In this document: positions 1-10,502 of the stretch, one piece after another
How the letters are laid out: every line of letters starts with the position of its first letter
Position numbering within the stretch: position 1 is the first letter of the stretch
Assembly: GCA_001567275.1 (NCBI GenBank)
Contig: LNBX01000043.1
Location: 44,351-108,350 of the forward strand
Source of the DNA: Bacteroidetes bacterium OLB10
Lineage (GTDB): Bacteria; Bacteroidota; Bacteroidia; AKYH767-A; OLB10
Direction: 5' to 3'
Length of the DNA stretch: 64,000 nucleotides
Made by a program: the position numbers and the translations under genes
Notes under the pieces: model-generated
The model's database searches: none
What the model was told of the DNA's origin: nothing
Seen by the model: only the letters and a program-made list of their open reading frames with translations

Positions 1-672
1 ATTTGCTTCAGAGTTTTTAGTGCTGAAAGCCAATCGTGCATTAATCAACATACTCTTTTTTCCTTCTGTATAAACAATTCCATCTTCAAGAACAATATGA
101 TTACTGTTGGCAGTTTCATTCAGTTGCTTAAAAAAAGGAGTTGTAATATTCAGTGGGTCATTCACTAAAAACTCTTTGGCAAACAATCCTGCCGGAGAAA
201 GCAGCCGCTGATAACTTTCGCTGACGGACTGTTTTATTTTTTCAGTTGTTATGCAGGAGTCAATATGACTATAATAACCAGAATCAATAAAAGCAGGAAA
301 AGCTGAATAATAATAATCGTAAACTTCTTGCTGGATATCAGGACGTGTGGCACGTATGTCTGTCAGATAATTTTTGCATGCAGAGTCGAGCAGAACTGCT
401 GCTTCATCAATAAGCTGTTGGTGAAAATCAGGGTCATTATTTCCACCGGTTTCAATCGAAAACAATACCTGATTCGAGATATTCTTTGTTTCGATTAAGC
501 TGTTAAATTGCTGAAATTGTTTCCCTTTGGGCAAAGCGGCAAAAATATCTTCAGTAATCCGGAGATTTCTGATTCCATTATAAGTGAAAAAAGCTATAAC
601 GGATAGCAAAAGAATCAAAAACAGAGGTTTTTTGACCAGAAACTGAACAAAACGTGTGATGCTGCTACTCAA
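1..672 (-). CDS. 5-prime part of a membrane protein, possibly an MMPL/RND-like predicted exporter (gene continues past the left edge)
   Basis: Absent from the ORF track because no stop lies in the window. My manual minus-strand translation is open from about 672 down to position 1 (LSSSITRFVQFLVKKPLFLILLLSVIAFFTYNGIRNLRITEDIFAALPKGKQF...). That gives a short N-terminus, one TM helix and then a large soluble loop. There is no in-frame ATG. TTG at 672-670 is the only plausible start, so the start is uncertain. Confidence 0.4.
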   Translation of the reverse strand, partial: MSSSITRFVQFLVKKPLFLILLLSVIAFFTYNGIRNLRITEDIFAALPKGKQFQQFNSLIETKNISNQVLFSIETGGNNDPDFHQQLIDEAAVLLDSACKNYLTDIRATRPDIQQEVYDYYYSAFPAFIDSGYYSHIDSCITTEKIKQSVSESYQRLLSPAGLFAKEFLVNDPLNITTPFFKQLNETANSNHIVLEDGIVYTEGKKSMLINARLAFSTKNSEAN

Positions 673-752
673 TCTGATTTGGGGTAATAAGTCTGCGAAT
701 TTAGGTGAATTTATTTAGTGCAAAAGGGTGGATTATTTATTTTTAAAATGCG

Positions 753-760
753 TATTTTTG
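753..760 (+). promoter_or_regulatory. Bacteroidota -7 promoter element (TAttTTTG) upstream of hppD
   Basis: TATTTTTG matches the TAnnTTTG consensus. It ends 26 bp upstream of the ATG at 786. Confidence 0.4.
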
Positions 761-785
761 TATCTTATTATTAATACAAATTATC

Positions 786-1880
786 ATGGCAGAAGATTTT
801 CTTCCTTTAAACGGTACAGACCACATTGAATTCTATGTGGGCAATGCCAAACAATCGGCATATTATTATCAGTCAGCCTGGGGTTATGAACTAATAGCAT
901 ACGCTGGCCCCGAAACGGGTGTTCGCGATCGTGCATCATACGTTTTGCAGCAAGGTAAAATTCGTTTTGTACTTAGCAGTGCAATGCATCCCGACAGTGA
1001 AATAACAAAGCACGTAGCACAGCATGGTGATGGTGTAAAAGTGCTTGCACTTTGGGTGGATGATGCTGAGAAATCATTTTACGAAACAATGAGCCGGGGA
1101 GCAAAGGCTCATACACAACCAACTACTTTATCAGACGAATTTGGAGAAGTGAAAATTTCAGCGATACATACTTATGGAGAAACCATCCATAAGTTTGTTG
1201 AGCGTAAAAATTACAAAGGTGCTTTTATGCCCGGTTTCAAAGCTGCCAAAAGTTCTATTCCCGTAAAACCAGTTGGCTTGCGACATGTAGATCATTGCGT
1301 GGGCAATGTAGAGTTGGGTCAGATGAATCAGTGGGTGAAATTTTACGAGGATGTAATGGGATTCAAACTTCTTATTACGTTTGATGATAAAGATATTTCA
1401 ACTGAATACTCTGCTTTGATGAGTAAGGTGGTGAGCAATGGAAACGGATATGTGAAGTTTCCGATTAATGAACCTGCCGATGGAAAACGCAAGTCACAAA
1501 TTGAAGAATATATTGAATTTTATCACGGTTCAGGAGTGCAACACGTAGCTATTGAAACGGCAGATATTATTTCTACAGTTCGGGAATTGCGCAGCCGTGG
1601 AGTTGAGTTTTTGCATGTGCCTGATACTTACTATGAGGACGTATGGAACAGAGTAGGGCATATCAATGAAGATACAAAAGCAATTAAAGATTTAAATATT
1701 TTGGTTGACCGTGATGATGAAGGTTACCTGCTTCAGTTGTTTTCAAAACCTGTGCAGGACAGACCAACTGTATTTTTTGAAATCATTCAGCGTGTTGGTG
1801 CCAAATCATTCGGCAAAGGAAACTTCAAAGCACTGTTTGAAGCTATAGAACGCGAACAGGCTTTGCGCGGAAATCTTTAA
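786..1880 (+). CDS. hppD: 4-hydroxyphenylpyruvate dioxygenase
   Basis: 364 aa with two vicinal-oxygen-chelate halves. Family-typical motifs are HIEFYVGNAKQ, HVDHCVGNVELG, GVQHVA, GYLLQLFS, FFEIIQR and GNFKALFEAIE. Confidence 0.9.
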   Translation: MAEDFLPLNGTDHIEFYVGNAKQSAYYYQSAWGYELIAYAGPETGVRDRASYVLQQGKIRFVLSSAMHPDSEITKHVAQHGDGVKVLALWVDDAEKSFYETMSRGAKAHTQPTTLSDEFGEVKISAIHTYGETIHKFVERKNYKGAFMPGFKAAKSSIPVKPVGLRHVDHCVGNVELGQMNQWVKFYEDVMGFKLLITFDDKDISTEYSALMSKVVSNGNGYVKFPINEPADGKRKSQIEEYIEFYHGSGVQHVAIETADIISTVRELRSRGVEFLHVPDTYYEDVWNRVGHINEDTKAIKDLNILVDRDDEGYLLQLFSKPVQDRPTVFFEIIQRVGAKSFGKGNFKALFEAIEREQALRGNL

Positions 1881-1900
1881 GAATAATTTATATTTTTCTG

Positions 1901-1933
1901 AATTGGCGGTTCTCGGTTTACAGGGCCGCCAAT
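1901..1933. terminator. Hairpin between convergent hppD and recR
   Basis: AATTGGCGG ... CCGCCAATT forms a 9-bp stem flanked by T-runs on both strands, in a 54-bp convergent intergenic gap. Confidence 0.55.
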
Positions 1934-1934
1934 T

Positions 1935-2555
1935 TTATTTTATGAGCACATTTTCATAAGGTACTCTGTTGAGAATAGAGCGACCTAAAGTAACTTCATC
2001 GGCATATTCCAGTTCTCCACCTATGGCTACACCTCTTGCCAGAATAGAAATTTTTACTCCCGAATCGCGAAGTTTTTTTGAAATATAAAATACGGTAGTA
2101 TCTCCTTCCATAGTGGCGCTGAGGGCCATTATTACTTCTGAAATTTTTCCGGAGTTTACTTTTTCAACCAATGAATCAATGTTCAGCTGCCCGGGGCCAA
2201 TACCATCCATTGGTGAGATAATTCCTCCAAGAACATGATATAGTCCGTTGAATTGCGAAGTATTTTCAACAGCCATCACATCTCTGATGTCCTGCACCAC
2301 ACAAATCTGCGAGTTGTCTCTTCGCGGATTGGCACAGATACTGCAAACTTCTGATTCAGAAATATTATGGCAACTTGTACAATAATTGATGTTGTTTCTC
2401 AACCTGATAATGGCATTGCCGAAACGATTTACATCGGCAGCATCCTGTTTGAGCAAATGCAATGCAAGCCTCAGTGCACCTCTGCGGCCAATACCCGGCA
2501 GGCGCGAAAGTTCATTTACAGCTTCTTCCAGTAAGCGGGAAGGATAATGTTCCAT
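1935..2555 (-). CDS. recR: Recombination protein RecR
   Basis: 206 aa. It has an HhH motif ([20 protein letters not shown]), a C4 zinc finger (CTSCHN...CSIC) and a Toprim-like C-terminal half. Confidence 0.95.
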   Translation of the reverse strand: MEHYPSRLLEEAVNELSRLPGIGRRGALRLALHLLKQDAADVNRFGNAIIRLRNNINYCTSCHNISESEVCSICANPRRDNSQICVVQDIRDVMAVENTSQFNGLYHVLGGIISPMDGIGPGQLNIDSLVEKVNSGKISEVIMALSATMEGDTTVFYISKKLRDSGVKISILARGVAIGGELEYADEVTLGRSILNRVPYENVLIK

Positions 2556-2580
2556 TTTTAAAAAGCAGGGAAATATTTGT

Positions 2581-2588
2581 CAAATATA
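2581..2588 (-). promoter_or_regulatory. -7 promoter element (TAtaTTTG on the minus strand) upstream of recR
   Basis: Plus-strand CAAATATA is TATATTTG on the minus strand, 26 bp upstream of the recR ATG at 2555. It is part of a 15-bp AT palindrome at 2573-2587. Confidence 0.35.
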
Positions 2589-2666
2589 GGTTGTTTAAAA
2601 ATATCAGATGTGGTTTTTATTTAAATCATCATTAAATAGTAATCTTGTTAATCAAATATTTTACTC

Positions 2667-4127
2667 TTGACTCCTGCTCTCATTCTTACTGTGGTGCTTA
2701 TCTACACCATCTTGTTGTTCGGCATCACATTCTACACTTCACGCAATGCCGATAATCAAAGCTATTTTGTCGGTAATCGCGCATCTCCCTGGTATGTGGT
2801 AGCTTATGGTATGATAGGTGCTTCGTTATCGGGAGTAACTTTTATGTCGGTACCGGGCGATGTGGGAACAGGAAATTTCTCTTATTTCCAGATGGTGTTG
2901 GGTTATCTGCTGGGATATGGAGTGATTGCTTTTGTATTGCTTCCTGTGTATTACAGAATGAACCTGACTTCTATCTATACATATCTCAAAGAGCGGTTGG
3001 GGATAAGCACTTACAAAACCGGAGCTTTTTTCTTTATCCTTTCGCGTGTAGTAGGTGCTTCGTTCCGATTGTATATTGTAGTATATGTTTTGCAGTTGTT
3101 TATTTTTCAAGCCTGGGGTGTTCCTTTTTGGCTAACGGTTTTAATATTTATTCTGCTCATATTAGCATACACTTTTAAAGGTGGAGTAAAAACCATCGTG
3201 TGGACAGATTCTCTGCAAACAACTTTTATGTTGTTGTCGTTGTTTTTATCAGTTTACCTTATATCAGATCAACTCAACTGGAGTTTTTCAGAAGTAATTT
3301 CTCAAATCACTAAGAGCAGCTATTCAGATATTTTTGTATGGGACTGGCATGCCGGAACATTTTTTCCTAAACATTTTTTCGGTGGAATGTTTATTGCCAT
3401 TGCCATGACAGGTCTTGATCAGGAGATGATGCAGAAAAACATCAGTTGCCGCAATGTTGGTGAGTCACAAAAAAACATGGTTACATTCAGCATCATACTT
3501 GTATTTGTAAATCTTGTTTTCCTCTCGCTCGGTGCATTACTTTATTTGTATATTCAGAAAGAAGGAATTGTCATTCCTGAAAGAACTACAGATGATTTGT
3601 TCCCAAGTATTGCGCTAAATAATTTAGGAACTTTGTCAGCCATTTGTTTTATCATTGGATTGATATCTGCAGCCTATCCAAGTGCTGACGGTGCACTCAC
3701 TGCACTTACTGCTTCGGTATGCATAGATTTCCTCGGTTTTGAAGAAGGAAAATATTCAGAAGAGCAAAAGACAAGAATACGCAAAAGAGTACATGTGATT
3801 TTTGGATTTGTTTTGCTGGCAGTCATCGTTATTTTTCATGCCATCAACAATCAGGCTGTCATACGTCAGATTTTCAAAGCTGCTAACTACACTTATGGGC
3901 CATTGCTCGGATTGTTTGCCTTTGGAATATTAACCAAACGAAATGTGTTGGATAAAATGGTGCCTGTTGTAGGAATTTTATCTCCGATTATTTGTTATGT
4001 GCTGGACGTAAATTCAAAAGAGTGGTTTAACGGATATAAATTTGGCAATGAACTCATCATCGTAAATGGCTGCATTACCTTTTTGGGTTTACTTTTGTTA
4101 TCACGTAATAAGAAAGTATTGTCATGA
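2667..4127 (+). CDS. Sodium:solute symporter family transporter
   Basis: 486 aa with roughly 13 hydrophobic helices. The N-terminus resembles the SSF family (YFVGNR..PWYVVAYGMIGASLSGVTFMSVPG). The track uses a TTG start. Confidence 0.75.
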   Translation: MTPALILTVVLIYTILLFGITFYTSRNADNQSYFVGNRASPWYVVAYGMIGASLSGVTFMSVPGDVGTGNFSYFQMVLGYLLGYGVIAFVLLPVYYRMNLTSIYTYLKERLGISTYKTGAFFFILSRVVGASFRLYIVVYVLQLFIFQAWGVPFWLTVLIFILLILAYTFKGGVKTIVWTDSLQTTFMLLSLFLSVYLISDQLNWSFSEVISQITKSSYSDIFVWDWHAGTFFPKHFFGGMFIAIAMTGLDQEMMQKNISCRNVGESQKNMVTFSIILVFVNLVFLSLGALLYLYIQKEGIVIPERTTDDLFPSIALNNLGTLSAICFIIGLISAAYPSADGALTALTASVCIDFLGFEEGKYSEEQKTRIRKRVHVIFGFVLLAVIVIFHAINNQAVIRQIFKAANYTYGPLLGLFAFGILTKRNVLDKMVPVVGILSPIICYVLDVNSKEWFNGYKFGNELIIVNGCITFLGLLLLSRNKKVLS

Positions 4128-5542
4128 ACCGTGAAGAATTAAGTAAAAAATATAATCAGCCTGAATCAAAACTTATTGAAGCACTTCAGAAAATATGTGG
4201 TGAAGTTTTTGTTTTTACAGATGAAGAAGTTCGGAATGATTATGGCCACGATCAGACAGAAGATTTGTTGTTTAAACCTTCAGTAGTTGTAAAACCAAGA
4301 ACACCAGAAGAAATTTCTGAAATTTTAAAGTTAGCCAACCGTGATAATATAGCAGTGACTCCCCGTGGAGCAGGCACAGGCCTCAGTGGTGGAGCATTGC
4401 CTGTGCATGGAGGTATCATTATTTCTATGGAGCGCTTCAATGCCATTATTGAAATTGATGAGCAAAATCTGCAATGTACTGTCGAAACAGGTGTGATCAA
4501 TCAGCATTTGCGCGATGCCGTTGAAGCCAAAGGATTGTTCTATCCTCCTGACCCGGCAAGCAGAGGCAGTTGCTACATAGGTGGAAACCTTGCCGAATGC
4601 AGTGGCGGACCAAAAGCAGTAAAATATGGTGTGACGAAAGATTATGTGCTCAATTGTGAAGTGGTTTTGCCAACAGGTGAAATCATTTGGACAGGAGCTA
4701 ATGTTTTAAAAAATTCAACAGGGTATAATTTAACTCAACTGATGGTAGGCAGCGAAGGCACACTTGGCATTATCACCAAGGTAGTGCTCAAGTTAATTCC
4801 GCTTCCCTCTGAAAATTTGCTGATGCTTGCACCATTTAAGTCAGCTGAGAAAGCATGTGAAGCAGTATCTGCAGTTTTCCGCCAGGGAATCACACCTTCG
4901 GCAATGGAGTTTATGGAGCGTGAAGCAATTGAATATGTGATGCAGTTTACAGATGTAAGGGTTGAACTGGCTGACGACACCACTGCACACCTGCTTGTTG
5001 AAGTGGATGGCAACGACAGAGATGTGTTGTTTAAAGAATGCGAAAAAATAAGTGAAGTATTGTATGCACATGACTGTGGCGAAGTGTTGTTTGCAGAAAC
5101 ATCACAACAAAAAGCTGACTTATGGAGAATGCGCAGAGTTGTTGGCGAAGCGGTGAAATCACATTCGGTATATAAAGAAGAAGATACCGTTGTGCCACGA
5201 GCACATTTGCCCGAGTTGCTCAAAGGAGTTAAGCAAATCGGAGCGAAATATGGATTTCGCAGTGTGTGCTATGGTCATGCGGGCGATGGCAATCTGCATG
5301 TCAACATCATTAAGGAGAATATGAGTGATGAAGACTGGAATGAAAAACTCCCTTTGGGAATTACGGAAATATTTAAGCTATGTATCAGTCTTAACGGAAC
5401 CATTTCAGGCGAACATGGAATAGGGTGGGTTCAGAAAAATTATATGCCATTGCGTTTTAGTCCGGTTGAAATTGCTCTTCAAAAAGGAATAAAAAAACTC
5501 TTCGATCCGAATGAAATTTTAAATCCTTCAAAAATTTTCTGA
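4124..5542 (+). CDS. FAD-linked oxidase (GlcD / D-lactate dehydrogenase-like)
   Basis: 472 aa. It has an FAD_binding_4 signature (VTPRGAGTGLSGGALP) and a C-terminal FAD-oxidase domain (GTISGEHGIG). Its ATGA start overlaps the upstream symporter stop. Confidence 0.85.
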   Translation: MNREELSKKYNQPESKLIEALQKICGEVFVFTDEEVRNDYGHDQTEDLLFKPSVVVKPRTPEEISEILKLANRDNIAVTPRGAGTGLSGGALPVHGGIIISMERFNAIIEIDEQNLQCTVETGVINQHLRDAVEAKGLFYPPDPASRGSCYIGGNLAECSGGPKAVKYGVTKDYVLNCEVVLPTGEIIWTGANVLKNSTGYNLTQLMVGSEGTLGIITKVVLKLIPLPSENLLMLAPFKSAEKACEAVSAVFRQGITPSAMEFMEREAIEYVMQFTDVRVELADDTTAHLLVEVDGNDRDVLFKECEKISEVLYAHDCGEVLFAETSQQKADLWRMRRVVGEAVKSHSVYKEEDTVVPRAHLPELLKGVKQIGAKYGFRSVCYGHAGDGNLHVNIIKENMSDEDWNEKLPLGITEIFKLCISLNGTISGEHGIGWVQKNYMPLRFSPVEIALQKGIKKLFDPNEILNPSKIF

Positions 5543-5552
5543 AAGAAAAGTT

Positions 5553-7880
5553 TTAAGGTTGCTCAACAATTTTCAATCTTGCATACTTCAGCAGCAGTTG
5601 TTTTGACTCTCCGTTTTCAAAATTTACAACCGCTTTTAAATCGGGCATACGTCCTTCCAGACTCATCACCTTGCCCTTGCCAAAACGTTGATGCAACACC
5701 TGCATTCCAATCTCAATGCGCAATGGGTCATCAGCTGTAAAATTTTCCAGCAACTTTGGGTCAACAGCTTTGGCAGCAGGTTTTTTAGCTAATGGTTTCA
5801 GTTTGTTTTTTGTGAAGCTGTTGTTGCTGTAAGTTGGTAAGTTGTCGTCACCTGAAATTCGTCCTCCTCTTTGGGTTGTAGGTTCAGGTGCAAATTTCAT
5901 ATCAACAAATTCTGGATTTATTTCACTGAGAAAACGACTTGGTTCGCATCCGGTAAGATTACCCCAGCGATAACGGGTCATGGCATAACTTAAAGTTAAA
6001 CGCTTTTCCGCACGCGTAACAGCTACATAAAAGAGTCTGCGTTCTTCTTCCATGTCTTCCCTTGAGTTTATGGAAAGTTGTGAAGGGAAAAGATTTTCTT
6101 CCAATCCTGACACAAACACTTCTTTAAACTCTAACCCTTTAGCCTGATGAATGGTCATAAGAGACACTTTATCATCATTACCGTCATCTTTATTTTCAGC
6201 ATCGGTTAACAGTGCAATATCCTGCATGTATTCATTCAGCAAACGGGTATCGGATTCTCGCAGTTCTGAAGAAGGAGATTCAAGAGGCAGATTCCCTCTT
6301 TCACTAAATTCTTTAATACCTGCAAGCAGTTCCTGAATATTTTCATAATGGCTTACACCTTCAGATGATTTGTCGTTAAACAATTCCTTCAGCAGTCCGC
6401 TGCTTTGTGCAATATGACTTGCCACATCATAGGCATTTTGAGTTTTTGACATCACAGCAAAACTCTTAATCATGGTAACAAAGTCTGATATTTTTGTTTT
6501 GGTTGCTGATGCGATATCTATCTCTTTGTCGTGAATATCTTCCATCACATTCCAAATGGTGCAGGTACGCTGATCGGCCATCACCATAAGTTTTTCATAC
6601 GATGTTTTTCCTATTCCTCGTATCGGATAATTGTACACACGTTCCAGTGCTTCTTCATCGGCATGATTGATGGTAAGTCTGAAATAGGCGAGGAGGTCTT
6701 TAATTTCTTTTCGTTTAAAAAACGAGAGTCCTCCATAAATACGGTAAGGGATATTTAATTTACGGAGAGCTTCTTCCAGTGATCGCGATTGAGCATTGGT
6801 GCGATAAAGAATGGCAAAATCTTTATTCTTATATTGATGATTCATTCTGTCTTCGAAAATGGTATTTGCTATCTGATTACCTTCTTCGTTGTCGCTGATA
6901 GCTCTCAGCAGTCTGATTTTGTCACCGTTTGTGTTATCTGTCCAAACTTCTTTTTTCAGCTGATGTCTGTTGTTGGCAATAACATTGTTGGCAGCACCAA
7001 CAATTGTTTTTGTACTGCGGTAATTTTGTTCCAGCTTAAATGTTTTCAGATCAGGATAGTCTTTTTCAAAATTCAGAATATTTTGAATGTTGGCTCCTCT
7101 GAAAGCATAAATACTTTGCGCATCATCGCCTACCACACAAATGTTTTCGTGCTGAGCTGCCAGTTTGCGTACTATGATATACTGAGCATAGTTGGTGTCC
7201 TGAAACTCGTCCACCATGATGTAGCGAAATTTTTTCTGATACTTCAGCAAAGCATCCGGATGGTTTTTCAGAAGCAAATAAGTATTGAAAAGTAAATCAT
7301 CAAAATCCATTGCATCAGCCTGCTTCAGTCTTTTCTGATAAATTTGATACAACTCACCGATTTTAGGTTTCCCTGCCATACGGTCTTCGCTCATCAGTTG
7401 ATCATTGCTCAGATAATCACTTACAGAAAAAAGATTGTTCTTGGCGGATGAAATGCGGTTGAGTACCAGAGAAGGCTTGTAATTCTTGTCATCTAACTGT
7501 TGCTCCTGAATAATTTTCTTTACCAGATTTTTTGAATCATCGGCATCGTAAATGGTAAAAGCGGCAGGGAATCCGATTTTTTCAGCTTCAATTCGTAAAA
7601 GTTTTGCAAAAACAGAATGAAAGGTTCCCATCCACAGACTCATTGCATCGTTGCCAACCATACTGATAACACGATCTTTCATTTCGCGTGCAGCTTTGTT
7701 GGTAAAAGTAAGTGCGAGAATATTGAAAGGATCCACTTGGTTATGCAACATGTGTACAATCCGGTAAGTCAGAACACGTGTTTTCCCTGAACCTGCACCG
7801 GCAATTATCATGCTGGGTCCATCCATACACATTACTGCATCGCGCTGTGACGGGTTTAATTGATCTAAATAATTACTCAT
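5553..7880 (-). CDS. ATP-dependent DNA helicase, UvrD/PcrA/Rep family
   Basis: 775 aa. It carries Walker A (AGAGSGKT), motif II (MVDEFQDTN) and the motifs YRSTKTI, VSLMTIHQAKGLEF and LFYVAVTRA. Confidence 0.9.
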   Translation of the reverse strand: MSNYLDQLNPSQRDAVMCMDGPSMIIAGAGSGKTRVLTYRIVHMLHNQVDPFNILALTFTNKAAREMKDRVISMVGNDAMSLWMGTFHSVFAKLLRIEAEKIGFPAAFTIYDADDSKNLVKKIIQEQQLDDKNYKPSLVLNRISSAKNNLFSVSDYLSNDQLMSEDRMAGKPKIGELYQIYQKRLKQADAMDFDDLLFNTYLLLKNHPDALLKYQKKFRYIMVDEFQDTNYAQYIIVRKLAAQHENICVVGDDAQSIYAFRGANIQNILNFEKDYPDLKTFKLEQNYRSTKTIVGAANNVIANNRHQLKKEVWTDNTNGDKIRLLRAISDNEEGNQIANTIFEDRMNHQYKNKDFAILYRTNAQSRSLEEALRKLNIPYRIYGGLSFFKRKEIKDLLAYFRLTINHADEEALERVYNYPIRGIGKTSYEKLMVMADQRTCTIWNVMEDIHDKEIDIASATKTKISDFVTMIKSFAVMSKTQNAYDVASHIAQSSGLLKELFNDKSSEGVSHYENIQELLAGIKEFSERGNLPLESPSSELRESDTRLLNEYMQDIALLTDAENKDDGNDDKVSLMTIHQAKGLEFKEVFVSGLEENLFPSQLSINSREDMEEERRLFYVAVTRAEKRLTLSYAMTRYRWGNLTGCEPSRFLSEINPEFVDMKFAPEPTTQRGGRISGDDNLPTYSNNSFTKNKLKPLAKKPAAKAVDPKLLENFTADDPLRIEIGMQVLHQRFGKGKVMSLEGRMPDLKAVVNFENGESKQLLLKYARLKIVEQP

Positions 7881-8010
7881 TCTGATGTTGCTATCGAAAT
7901 ATAGCTATAAGATATTGACGAAAAAAAAAAGATTTTCATTTATTGTTAAACACCGTAGTGAAATAAAGTTTCCATAAATGATGAAACTTTTCTGCGGACA
8001 GATGATATTG

Positions 8011-8394
8011 TTACATGTACTTTCTCAGAAAAGTATAGTAATCATGTTTGAGGTCAACATACAGATGCTCAAAAACCTTCATTCTTTCGCGCAGTGATGT
8101 TTCAATTTCAAGTGTTTCCTGAGTTACTTTTCCGCCTTTGCTAATAGCTTCGAACTCATCATCCATGCGGTTTTCCAGTTGTTTCACATCGTGACGGATA
8201 ATATCAATCTGATCTTCCTGAATGATTACCTGATTCTGGAAATGCTCAGCTTCGCGAAGAATATCTTTGTTGGTATTGCTTGTTACAACATGAGAAAGAT
8301 GCTTACGCCAGAATCGCAGTTCGTTTTTATAAAAGTCAAGTGCTTTGAGCCATTCAAGCAGCTCTACGTGGTTCAAATCTATTTTTGTAGCCAT
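8011..8394 (-). CDS. Hypothetical protein, predicted helical
   Basis: A 127-aa ORF with coding-like composition and no motif I recognise. The antisense ORF 8179-8496 is low complexity and looks like a shadow. Confidence 0.5.
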   Translation of the reverse strand: MATKIDLNHVELLEWLKALDFYKNELRFWRKHLSHVVTSNTNKDILREAEHFQNQVIIQEDQIDIIRHDVKQLENRMDDEFEAISKGGKVTQETLEIETSLRERMKVFEHLYVDLKHDYYTFLRKYM

Positions 8395-8507
8395 ATTCTT
8401 TCAGTAAAATTTATTTTGCTAAAATACAGAATTCCTCTGACAGATTTCATCAATAGTAAGCTAAAAAACATATTTGCACACTTGCAATTAAATTGATTGG
8501 AAAATAC

Positions 8508-8515
8508 TATTTTTG
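8508..8515 (+). promoter_or_regulatory. -7 promoter element (TAttTTTG) upstream of the DUF4199 gene
   Basis: TATTTTTG lies 33 bp upstream of the ATG at 8548. Confidence 0.4.
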
Positions 8516-8547
8516 AACACACATAACCAACTTATAAAAATAATATT

Positions 8548-9060
8548 ATGAAACCATTTTTAAAATACGGATTATTAGGAGCTGCATTATCTATCATCTG
8601 GACATTGATAGGTTACATCATGGGAAATGAAATGCAGGAAAAACTAAAGTGGCTTAGCACGATAATCATGATAGCGATATCGGTTTTTTGTTTTATTGCT
8701 GCCATAAAGGAAGAACGATTAGCAGGGGAGGGGTTTATCAGTTTTGGTAAAGCATTTGGTACTGCTTTCAAAACAGGTTTGATAATGGCAATTATTGGCG
8801 CAATTTTTACTTATCTGTATTTTGCGTTTATCAATACAAGTTATATGACTTTTGTTCTGGAAAAAGCGCAGGAAGAAATGTCTAATCGTGGTATGGATGA
8901 AGAGCAAATAGAAATGGCTATGAAAATGCAATCTAAATTTATAACTCCACCGGTGATGGCGGGTTTTGCATTTGTTGGTGGTTTAATCGTTAACCTGATT
9001 ATTGCTCTGATTCTGGGAGCTGCAATGAAAAAAGAAAATCCTGCAGGAGAAATCAAATAA
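8548..9060 (+). CDS. DUF4199 family membrane protein
   Basis: 170 aa with four TM segments and an amphipathic central region. Size and layout fit the Bacteroidota DUF4199 family, assigned from memory. Confidence 0.65.
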   Translation: MKPFLKYGLLGAALSIIWTLIGYIMGNEMQEKLKWLSTIIMIAISVFCFIAAIKEERLAGEGFISFGKAFGTAFKTGLIMAIIGAIFTYLYFAFINTSYMTFVLEKAQEEMSNRGMDEEQIEMAMKMQSKFITPPVMAGFAFVGGLIVNLIIALILGAAMKKENPAGEIK

Positions 9061-10282
9061 AGGATTCAATACTTTTTTTGATTATTCCAATACATTCGTA
9101 AAGCTGCTCTTCATTAATAACCAAAGGTGGAGCAAAGCGGATGATATCACCGTGTGTTGGTTTTGCAAGCAGACCATTTTCTGCAAGTTTCAGACACACA
9201 TCCCATGCATCTTTGCCTTTATGCGGTTTGATGACGATGGCATTTAACAAGCCTTTTCCTCTGACCAGCGTCAGCATTTCATGGCTTATGGTATTCAACT
9301 CCGAACGGAGAATTTCTCCCATGTGAGCTGCATTTTCAGCAAGATTTTCCTGTTCAATCACGCGAAGAGATGCCATACCTACAGCACATGCCAGAGGATT
9401 ACCACCATAAGTAGAGCCATGTTCGCCAGGTTTTATCGTAAGCATAATTTCATCATTGGCAAGAACAGCACTCACGGGCATCATTCCGCCACTCAATGCC
9501 TTCCCAAGAATAAGAATATCAGGATGAACATTTTCATAATCACATGCCAGCATTTTTCCGGTACGTGCAAGCCCTGTTTGAATTTCATCAGCAATAAATA
9601 AAACATTTCTTTCTTTACATAAAGAATATGCTTTTGACAGATATCCATCGTCTGGTACTACAACACCGGCTTCCCCTTGTATAGGCTCAACAATAAATCC
9701 TGCAATGGCAGGATCTTCAAGTGCTGCTTCTAATGCAGCTAAGTCGTTATACGGTATGATGGTATATCCCGGAGTAAAAGGGCCATATCCGGTAGATGCA
9801 GTAGGATCGGTAGATGCTGAAATAATAGAAATGGTTCTGCCATGAAAGTTACCTTCACAAAAAATAATTTTTGCCTGATTACGCGGAACGCCTTTCACCT
9901 GATAAGCCCATTTGCGACAGAGTTTGATGGCAGTTTCTACTGCCTCTGCCCCTGAATTCATAGGCAACATTTTATCATAACCAAAAAGTTCAGTAATATA
10001 TTTTTCAAATTCACCTAACTGATCATTATAAAATGCTCTCGAAGTGAGTGTAAGCTTTTCTAACTGAGAAGTTAACGCTTTGATAATATGAGGATGACAA
10101 TGTCCCTGATTTAATGCAGAATATGCAGAAAGAAAATCGTAATATTTTTTCCCTTCAGCATCCCAAACAAATACACCTTTTCCTTTTGACAAGACTACAG
10201 GTAAAGGATGATAATTATGTGCTCCGTACTTTTCTTCCAGCTCAATAAAATACTGATTCGATATGATGCTGCTCGTATTCAT
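9053..10282 (-). CDS. rocD: Ornithine--oxo-acid aminotransferase
   Basis: 409 aa class-III aminotransferase. Motifs: [44 protein letters not shown]. Confidence 0.9.
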   Translation of the reverse strand: MNTSSIISNQYFIELEEKYGAHNYHPLPVVLSKGKGVFVWDAEGKKYYDFLSAYSALNQGHCHPHIIKALTSQLEKLTLTSRAFYNDQLGEFEKYITELFGYDKMLPMNSGAEAVETAIKLCRKWAYQVKGVPRNQAKIIFCEGNFHGRTISIISASTDPTASTGYGPFTPGYTIIPYNDLAALEAALEDPAIAGFIVEPIQGEAGVVVPDDGYLSKAYSLCKERNVLFIADEIQTGLARTGKMLACDYENVHPDILILGKALSGGMMPVSAVLANDEIMLTIKPGEHGSTYGGNPLACAVGMASLRVIEQENLAENAAHMGEILRSELNTISHEMLTLVRGKGLLNAIVIKPHKGKDAWDVCLKLAENGLLAKPTHGDIIRFAPPLVINEEQLYECIGIIKKSIESFI

Positions 10283-10305
10283 AAAAATTACATTTTAATA
10301 AACTA

Positions 10306-10313
10306 CAAATATA
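10306..10313 (-). promoter_or_regulatory. -7 promoter element (TAtaTTTG on the minus strand) upstream of rocD
   Basis: Plus-strand CAAATATA lies 24 bp upstream of the rocD ATG at 10282. Confidence 0.4.
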
Positions 10314-10329
10314 CATGAAACACTCCAAA

Positions 10330-10373
10330 GAAAATAATAACACCAGTGATGCATGATATGAAAATAATAACAC
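10330..10373. repeat. Perfect 14-bp direct repeat GAAAATAATAACAC, two copies starting 30 bp apart
   Basis: Copies at 10330-10343 and 10360-10373, in the divergent intergenic region between rocD and the DUF4476 gene. Confidence 0.7.
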
Positions 10374-10502
10374 AACTTACTATGTAAATGGTTTCAAGAA
10401 TGATGATTTTATTTTATATTGTATTCTGTCTGTTTAGATAGAATTCATAATTTCGCAAACTAATGGTATAATATTAGATATGCCAAAATAAACATTAACA
10501 AC

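Noticed and set aside
2573-2587. The 15-bp perfect palindrome ATATTTGTCAAATAT as a regulator binding site
   Set aside because: It is very AT-rich, and half of it is already explained as the recR -7 promoter element. I cannot distinguish it from chance without comparative data.
4735-5223. A 162-aa minus-strand ORF, with 4252-4500 and 4841-5071, inside the FAD-oxidase gene
   Set aside because: These ORFs lie wholly antisense to a gene with clear family motifs. Their products are Ser/Thr/Cys-rich and low complexity. They are typical shadow ORFs.
6789-7295. A 168-aa plus-strand ORF, with 6151-6336 and 6531-6758, inside the helicase gene
   Set aside because: They are antisense shadows of a UvrD-family gene whose seven helicase motifs are all intact on the other strand.
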